The notes beneath the pieces were generated by a model. It ran no database searches, was not told the origin of the DNA, and saw nothing but the letters and a program-made list of their open reading frames with translations. Below, in pieces: positions 42,493-48,476 of a stretch of 48,476 nucleotides of DNA. Each line of letters starts with the position of its first letter. Within the stretch, counting starts at the first letter, position 1. This DNA comes from Candidatus Altiarchaeota archaeon (GTDB taxonomy: Archaea; Altiarchaeota; Altiarchaeia; IMC4; SCGC-AAA252-I15). Location of the stretch: positions 1-48,476 of the forward strand of contig JAZDIN010000015.1 in assembly GCA_043804895.1 (NCBI GenBank), given 5' to 3'. The translations under genes were made by a program, and so were the position numbers.

Positions 42493-43944
42493 ATGGTGAA
42501 GGTTGGTTGGGTTGCGGTTCTGTTTCTGCTTATGTTAGGGACCGCCTCCGCAGCATCCTGCGGGAACAACAACGCAGAAGGCTCTGAGGAGTGCGATGGC
42601 ACTGATTTGAGGGGATACAACTGCAACACAATCTGCAAGTTCGACAAGGACAGCCCGAAGGACTACTCCAGCAGCGCCCAACAGCACATAGATTACTACT
42701 GCGGCCCCTACGGCAGCCTCAGTTGCAAGAGCGACTGCAAGTTCAAGTCGACGTGCCACTATTCGCTCTGCGGCGACGGCGCAAAAGAAGGCGCCGAGGA
42801 GTGCGACAACGGGCAGATGAACAGCGACTCAGCGCCTGACGCATGCAGGACCGACTGCGTCCTACCAAGCTGCGGAGACTACGCTATAGACTCGGGGGAG
42901 GAATGCGACGACGACTACCACAACAGCGACGAGATACCTAACGCCTGTAGGAAGGACTGCAGAAGAGCACACTGCGGCGACGGCGTATTGGACGACTTCG
43001 AGGAATGCGACGTCGGAAACGCAAACGCCAACGACGGATGCTACCAGTGCATGCTCTGCTACAACCCAGTAGACGACCTGAGGATAGGAGCGGACGCGAG
43101 ACTGTGCGAGGGAACATACACGATAGCGGATTCCGGAGAAGAGGGAGTCATAATAGTCTCAGGCTCCGACCTGACACTCGACTGCAACGGGGCTGCGCTG
43201 ATTGCGCCAGACACGGACTTGGGGGCTCAGCACACCGGCGCCAATGTCATGGCCACAATACCTACAACATCATCCACCTTAAAGCCAACAGCGCCCACGA
43301 TAAGGACCACGGCGACACTTGTGAAAGGACTGGCCACATCGTCAACGACGACGTTGAAGGCTACAACAACGACGCTGAAGACGACAGTAACCATCCCGAA
43401 TGTTGCGGCGAACGTCGGCTTAGTCCAGACGACTTCCACTACGGCTTCGACCGTTACAACATTAAAGTTCACATTCACTCCCATTACAATCAGCAAGGCC
43501 GCGGTGACGACCTCGACGACGTCCACGACGTTGAAGTCGTTCGTCGGGTTCACGAAGAGGCCAGTGTTCGCGAACCCGAACGCTGTGGTGTTCAGGCAGG
43601 GTACCGGGATAAAAGTCACTGGCAGCAACGTGCTCCTCGTCAACTGCGACGTCAGAAACTATAGAACAGGGATAAAAGTCGGCGGCTCAGGCAGCGTCCT
43701 AGTCTGGAACAAAGCCTGTGGCAACAGCGAAGACATAAGGTCCGACTCACAGGGCAACTATGGCGTCCTCAACAGTTGCGACAGCGCCCCAACGTGGACC
43801 GAAAACGGCCAACCAGGGTGCATGCTACAATGCGAGGCCGAACCACAACAGACTCAGACGACCCCGACCACGGCCACCACAACGACCCAGCCTAAAGGCG
43901 GTGGATTCTTCGACAGGATAGCAGGGATGATATTCGGAAGTTAG
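42493..43944 (+). CDS. Secreted surface protein: Cys-rich CGDG..EECD repeats, Thr-rich linker, beta-helix-like domain
   Basis: Signal peptide; repeated CGDG/EECD/ACRxDC units; poly-Thr stretches; LTLDCNG..GTGIKV. Confidence 0.8.
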   Translation: MVKVGWVAVLFLLMLGTASAASCGNNNAEGSEECDGTDLRGYNCNTICKFDKDSPKDYSSSAQQHIDYYCGPYGSLSCKSDCKFKSTCHYSLCGDGAKEGAEECDNGQMNSDSAPDACRTDCVLPSCGDYAIDSGEECDDDYHNSDEIPNACRKDCRRAHCGDGVLDDFEECDVGNANANDGCYQCMLCYNPVDDLRIGADARLCEGTYTIADSGEEGVIIVSGSDLTLDCNGAALIAPDTDLGAQHTGANVMATIPTTSSTLKPTAPTIRTTATLVKGLATSSTTTLKATTTTLKTTVTIPNVAANVGLVQTTSTTASTVTTLKFTFTPITISKAAVTTSTTSTTLKSFVGFTKRPVFANPNAVVFRQGTGIKVTGSNVLLVNCDVRNYRTGIKVGGSGSVLVWNKACGNSEDIRSDSQGNYGVLNSCDSAPTWTENGQPGCMLQCEAEPQQTQTTPTTATTTTQPKGGGFFDRIAGMIFGS

Positions 43945-43993
43945 GCACTACATGAAATATCATGCTTTTTTATTCCGTGGTCGTATTTGTTCT

Positions 43994-45091
43994 ATGATGC
44001 GTTGGGTGGTTTTTGGTCTGCTGGTTTTAGTGTGCGGGTGTCTTCAGTCTCAGACGGTGGTGCAGCGCGAGTATGTCTGCCCTGACGGCTCCGTGGTTGG
44101 TAGCCCCGGGAAATGTGCCATCAGTCCGGATACGACTTCGACGACGACAGTCGCGTCCTCGACTTCGACCCTGCCTAAGTCGACAGTAACCTCAACTACC
44201 CAGACTACGACATCTTCCACAATCCCCGACGGTTGCGCTGGCCTCAGCATATACAAGAGGGCGGCATGCGAGGCAGTGGAGTCCGGGAACGCTAGCATGT
44301 GCCCGTTTCCTGGGTTGGAGCACAGTTGGGAGCCGTTAACCAAGTCAGTGTTCCTGTCCCTGGGCGAGGACGTATTCGATGAAAAGAAGAAGGTCTTGAT
44401 TCTGGACGTCTTCAGTGGGAATGAGACGTGCGTGATGGAGTTTATCAACAGGTTCAGTTCGCGGAATGATTGTGAGGGATTCCCCTACAGGCAGCTGTGC
44501 CTGGAGAAGTTCATCGTCGAATCCAACGACGTTAAGGAGTGTGAGTCAATCCGGCAGGGGACGTTGCAGGACGGATGCTACTATGCCCTGATAAGGCTGA
44601 GAGACAACTTGGACGCGTGCGTCAAATACCCGGAATACGGGGACTGCCTCATCAAATTGGCTGCGGCCCGCAACGACAGCGGCCTGTGCCGGCGGGTTTA
44701 CCAGAGTATGTCAAGGGATGATTTGATTCCGGATTGCATAGCAGACGTTAAGCTGGAGATGTGCCTGCAGATGAAAGATTCCGAAGAAGACTGCTGCGAG
44801 GATGTGCCTGATGAGCTGAGGAAAACCTGCTACATTGAGAAGCTGAAGGCTACGAACGATACATTCTGGTGCAAGAAGAGGGTCGGATTCGAGGATTATG
44901 AGGAGGACTGGAACTGTTACACAAACACCGCACAGAAGACAAAGGACCCCGAAGTCTGCGACCTGATACGGCCTGTGGAGCGGCGCGACGACTGCTTTGA
45001 GACCATGATATTGGCGAGTGGGAACAGTACGCTTTGCGGGAGAATCACGGACGACAGCAAAAGGCGCGACTGCGAACGAATCCAAAGTTGA
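43994..45091 (+). CDS. Cys-rich helical-repeat lipoprotein
   Basis: Lipobox-like VCGC, CPDGSVV, Thr/Ser linker, repeated C..I.....RD.C units. Confidence 0.75.
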   Translation: MMRWVVFGLLVLVCGCLQSQTVVQREYVCPDGSVVGSPGKCAISPDTTSTTTVASSTSTLPKSTVTSTTQTTTSSTIPDGCAGLSIYKRAACEAVESGNASMCPFPGLEHSWEPLTKSVFLSLGEDVFDEKKKVLILDVFSGNETCVMEFINRFSSRNDCEGFPYRQLCLEKFIVESNDVKECESIRQGTLQDGCYYALIRLRDNLDACVKYPEYGDCLIKLAAARNDSGLCRRVYQSMSRDDLIPDCIADVKLEMCLQMKDSEEDCCEDVPDELRKTCYIEKLKATNDTFWCKKRVGFEDYEEDWNCYTNTAQKTKDPEVCDLIRPVERRDDCFETMILASGNSTLCGRITDDSKRRDCERIQS

Positions 45092-45132
45092 GTTGCCAGG
45101 ATTTATTCATAGGACGACCCATAGGTTATAGT

Positions 45133-46056
45133 ATGTCTGTCAAGGTCAAACCCATCCCGGATGTGAGGCCAGAGTTGCTCGAGTTGAAGGAGGATATAAT
45201 CTCCCGGATTCCGCCTGTGAAGGCTGAGGATGCCATAAAACGCATTGAGGAGGTGTTGAATGCCTTGACTTCTGAGACGATAGACGTTCCAAGAACTGCC
45301 TTGGACTTCGGCCTTGATTTCTCCGGTTTGGATGTGCAGAAGACGGCTGGTTTTGTATCGTTGTACAAGAAGGCTAACTCCTACAAGCCTTATGGCATAT
45401 CTGTCACAACGGTATGTTTAGGGCTTAAGCCTGTGGAGGGAGACCCATTGGGCAGCGTGAAACCCCATTGGGTTCACAGAGACTATCCTGAGGAGGAGGG
45501 CGGAGACGTAATATATGTGCCTTCGTCAGTCTATCCCAAGAGAGAGAAACACCCTGACGCCGTTACCTATTCAGCCAAATATCATATCATAATACCGAAG
45601 GGGAATAAGCCTTTCATGTTCATATACCCTGTGCAATCTAATAGCCCGGATGATTTGCCGGCTGACAAGCTGAAGGCACTAGTGGAGAGGGCTGTGGAAG
45701 CTGGCGATAAAGAAGCCATGCGGGAATTGGAGTACAGGACATCCGGGTTAGAGTCTAACTCGAAATTCTCAGCGTTCAGGCACCGCGACCGGTATCTGCT
45801 CATGGGTCTGGCTGGGCTGATGATGGCGCGGTCACTCGGAATAGATGATGTCAGACTCCCGCCGGATGAGTTCGTGAAGAATGAGACTAACGTCTGGTAT
45901 ACGTTAAAGTTCAAACTGAGCGAAGAGGAGGCTGAGAAGGTTACGCTCATCGGAAACTACAGGAAACTCGAAGACTTCCTTCAAAAATCAGGTCAGTTCA
46001 CAACCACAGAGTGGGAGGGGAAGGAGCCGGACCTGAAAGGTGATGTCACCTTCTAA
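45133..46056 (+). CDS. Hypothetical protein
   Basis: Long ORF with plausible ATG (MSVKVKP..) after a TTTATT element; no motif recognised. Confidence 0.65.
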   Translation: MSVKVKPIPDVRPELLELKEDIISRIPPVKAEDAIKRIEEVLNALTSETIDVPRTALDFGLDFSGLDVQKTAGFVSLYKKANSYKPYGISVTTVCLGLKPVEGDPLGSVKPHWVHRDYPEEEGGDVIYVPSSVYPKREKHPDAVTYSAKYHIIIPKGNKPFMFIYPVQSNSPDDLPADKLKALVERAVEAGDKEAMRELEYRTSGLESNSKFSAFRHRDRYLLMGLAGLMMARSLGIDDVRLPPDEFVKNETNVWYTLKFKLSEEEAEKVTLIGNYRKLEDFLQKSGQFTTTEWEGKEPDLKGDVTF

Positions 46057-46892
46057 TCCCATATTGTGATGCAGTCTTGAGCTCCGGTGCAGGTGTTGTT
46101 GCCGGGAGTCTTGTCGAGGATGCATTCCCCGTCTTCGCATTCGAAGTGGAAGCATTCCCTGTTAACTGTGCACTCTTCGGTTCCGTTGCCGGCTGTCCAA
46201 AGGCATTGGCCGTCTGAGCAGGCGTAGTGTCCTTCTTTGAGTGTGGTGGTTGTCGTGTTGGTTGGCTGTAATTCCCCAAGGCATGTGCAGGGGTACTCAA
46301 GAGTCGGCCCATTGCACCCTTCGCATCGGCCTAGGTCGTATCTTCTGCCTGCTGTGGTGGTTTGGCTGTTGTAGTCGCAGTTGTTTTCGTAGAGGCAGAT
46401 GGCGAGTTTCCCGTTGTAGAGGATTTTGCACACTCCGTCGTAGCCCCCGCATAAGGCGCCGGGGTCGCATACTTCGCCTGCGTCGATTACTCCGTTGCCG
46501 CAAAGGAGTATTGTCGAAGTCGTTGTCGAGTGCGTGGTCGTGACTGTGGATGATGTGGACGTGGTTATGAAAGGCATCAGGTAGGTTGAGTTAAGCCTCC
46601 CGTAACACTCGAATATCCATTCAGTGTCATTGACCTTGTCGCACAATTCAACCCGCCTGTAGTCGACTGCGAGTGAGGTGAAGCAAACGTCCCTTTCCTC
46701 GCCGCCCGGAATCTTCTCGCAACCTTTCACCTTCGCAGCATAGTTGTCAGCGGTCGTCGTTGGCTTACAGAGAATCAAATCATCAACAACCGAGCCGTCC
46801 GGGCATATCTGCTTGCCTTTCACTTCAGCCTCCTCTATGCACCCGCACACGAGAACGCACAACACCAGGGATAAGACAAACTTAGAGGCCAT
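46053..46892 (-). CDS. Cys-rich lipoprotein related to 43994-45091
   Basis: VCGC, CPDGSVV, CEKI...ERDVC, Thr linker, CGNG..GEVCD. Confidence 0.78.
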   Translation of the reverse strand: MASKFVLSLVLCVLVCGCIEEAEVKGKQICPDGSVVDDLILCKPTTTADNYAAKVKGCEKIPGGEERDVCFTSLAVDYRRVELCDKVNDTEWIFECYGRLNSTYLMPFITTSTSSTVTTTHSTTTSTILLCGNGVIDAGEVCDPGALCGGYDGVCKILYNGKLAICLYENNCDYNSQTTTAGRRYDLGRCEGCNGPTLEYPCTCLGELQPTNTTTTTLKEGHYACSDGQCLWTAGNGTEECTVNRECFHFECEDGECILDKTPGNNTCTGAQDCITIWD

Positions 46893-46895
46893 ATT

Positions 46896-47444
46896 TCACT
46901 TAATCCACTTCAGCACTTTCACCTTCCTCTCCTTCTGTGCCGGCTGTTTCTTCGGGTACCCGAATATGAGTGGCGCGATGATTTCATAGTCTTCAGGGAC
47001 GGCCAATTCCATCAATATCTTCCTGTCGTTGTTGAGGCTGTTCGCAAACCCGATGTAGCAGCTTCCAAGTCCCATGTCATATGCAGCGAGCATCATATTC
47101 TCGGCAGCTATTCCGCAGTCTATGTGAGCCCATTTGTCGCCCCTCTTCGCTGAGACGAGTATTAGGAGGGGGGCACTGTAGAATATCGTGTCATCCTTAG
47201 AGGATATCAGTTCCGCCAGGTCTAATCCGCGGCCGAGTAGGCCGAGGTTCATTTTAGTCTCCTCTGACAGTCTTTTAATCTCCTCCCTCTTTTCGACTAC
47301 CGTGAACCTCCACTGCTGTGTGTTCCTGGCTGTGGGGGCCATGGCTGCTGCGTCCAATATGGCCTGGACCTTCTCGGCCTCCACCGGCTTTTCCATGTAC
47401 TGCCGGACGCTCCTCCTGCCCCTGATGCAATCCGAAAGTTCCAT
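46896..47444 (-). CDS. Nitroreductase-family flavoprotein
   Basis: RRSVRQY, APTARNTQQWRF, DCGIAAENMMLAAYDMGLGSC, FGYP. Confidence 0.95.
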   Translation of the reverse strand: MELSDCIRGRRSVRQYMEKPVEAEKVQAILDAAAMAPTARNTQQWRFTVVEKREEIKRLSEETKMNLGLLGRGLDLAELISSKDDTIFYSAPLLILVSAKRGDKWAHIDCGIAAENMMLAAYDMGLGSCYIGFANSLNNDRKILMELAVPEDYEIIAPLIFGYPKKQPAQKERKVKVLKWIK

Positions 47445-47533
47445 AACCTCTATTATTCCAGCATGCCTAAATACTGCGTATTTTTAAGCTTTTGGGTGCA
47501 TGTGTATTGGATTAAAATCGGTTAGGTGATATT

Positions 47534-47818
47534 ATGGTGTGTTATGCGGTTCCGGCAGTTGTTGCGGCGTTGTCGATTGTTTATCGGAGAAGGTACGGCT
47601 TCCATGGCAAACATGCTCAGTGGTTCACGATGCTGTTTTCCGGGGGGTCTGTGTTCGGAATCGTAGACCACCTGTGGAATGGGGAACTGTTCCTGATAGG
47701 CCCTAACCTTGTCGGAGACCTTCTGCTCGGCCTGGCGATAACGGCGGCGCTTTCTGTCGCATGGCTGGCTGCCGTCCACTTCGACAGGGCGAGGATGCCA
47801 GCGACTGCTGAGGCGTGA
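47534..47818 (+). CDS. Small membrane protein (about 3 TM) with FGIVDHLWNGELF motif
   Basis: Hydrophobic 94-aa ORF whose stop overlaps the next ATG (TGATG). Confidence 0.7.
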   Translation: MVCYAVPAVVAALSIVYRRRYGFHGKHAQWFTMLFSGGSVFGIVDHLWNGELFLIGPNLVGDLLLGLAITAALSVAWLAAVHFDRARMPATAEA

Positions 47819-48476
47819 TGGAATCCTCGAAAGAGAAGCTTAAACTGGGGTTTACTGTCACAACCCCCCATCCCATCCTAGTGAAGGGAAGGGTGTGTTT
47901 GGTCAACCCCCTGACCCTGGTCCTGACTTTCGCAATAGTCTTCTCGCTTGTGAACATAGTTGGCATCCCGATGGAGTACAGGTTGGAGAGGATAACTGGT
48001 TCGAGCGTGTCGCCCCTGCCTTCCGCCGCCGCACACGAGACTGTTGAGTTGGACGAGAGCCTAGCCAGGGAACTGGATGTGCAGCTTGGGAAGGTGGGTG
48101 GGGAACGCGACTGGCTTGCTGACTCTAAAAAGTCAATAGACTACTTGAACTCAATAAGGCAGGATTATGGTAGGTGCAGGATAGTCTGGGATGAGAGAGC
48201 GTATTATCTTGCAGTATACAGGTCCAGGGACATGTTCGACAGGGGCTACTTCGACCACGTCACGCCTGAGGGGGAATGCGCCAAGGACATGAAAGGCATG
48301 TTCGGTTTCTACTCATACGAGAATGTCGTTGAGAACATCGGGGTCCTAAGCCGCTATAAGGATGGGACTCCAGTGGATTCGACGGACTCAAGGGAGGCGT
48401 TAGACGGTTGGATGATAAGCAGAGGCCACAGGTACAACCTGCTTTACCAGAACCACGTTATGGGGGCGGTAGGCTG
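47818..48476 (+). CDS. CAP/SCP-domain protein with N-terminal TM, 3' partial (absent from the ORF track)
   Basis: Hand translation: YLNSIRQ..RSRDMFDRGYFDHVTPEG..ENIG..GWMISRGHRYNLL. Confidence 0.88.
   Translation, partial: MESSKEKLKLGFTVTTPHPILVKGRVCLVNPLTLVLTFAIVFSLVNIVGIPMEYRLERITGSSVSPLPSAAAHETVELDESLARELDVQLGKVGGERDWLADSKKSIDYLNSIRQDYGRCRIVWDERAYYLAVYRSRDMFDRGYFDHVTPEGECAKDMKGMFGFYSYENVVENIGVLSRYKDGTPVDSTDSREALDGWMISRGHRYNLLYQNHVMGAVG

Noticed and set aside
293-47966. Numerous antisense or alternate-frame ORFs (e.g. 293-1030, 8228-8932, 30429-31160, 38876-39589, 43005-43664)
   Set aside because: They are shadows of well-supported genes and have no independent motifs.

Overview
This is an archaeal chromosomal segment: aRF1 with NIKS/GGQ, archaeal D-aminoacyl-tRNA deacylase, Rpp30, GMP synthase B subunit, TATA-box promoters and an intron-containing tRNA. 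Gene content and the Cys/Thr-rich surface proteins suggest a DPANN lineage such as Altiarchaeota, which is inference only. The main feature is a ~13.5 kb minus-strand locus (6766-20296) resembling a chromosomally resident, minimal type IV secretion/conjugation-like system. It has an RHH regulator, three VirB2/TrbC-like pilins, two VirB6-like membrane proteins, a PrgI/VirB3-like protein, a VirB4-like ATPase and small Zn-finger proteins. One VirB6-like protein is ~1590 aa, with three LEM/HeH-like repeats and a C-terminal HExxH zincin. The ATPase is fused to a C-terminal PD-(D/E)xK-like domain. No VirD4, standalone relaxase or integrase is visible, and a membrane-anchored PLD/Nuc-type nuclease lies next door. 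The rest of the window holds tandem ABC exporters, a subtilase, a GT-C glycosyltransferase cluster (including PIG-B/ALG9-like and PIG-V-like genes) and an N-terminally truncated PheT. It also holds tRNA-Val(GAC) with a 44-nt intron followed by two duplicated tRNA 3' ends, translation/housekeeping genes, and a run of secreted Cys-rich proteins. All family calls come from motif recognition by eye; no searches were run.
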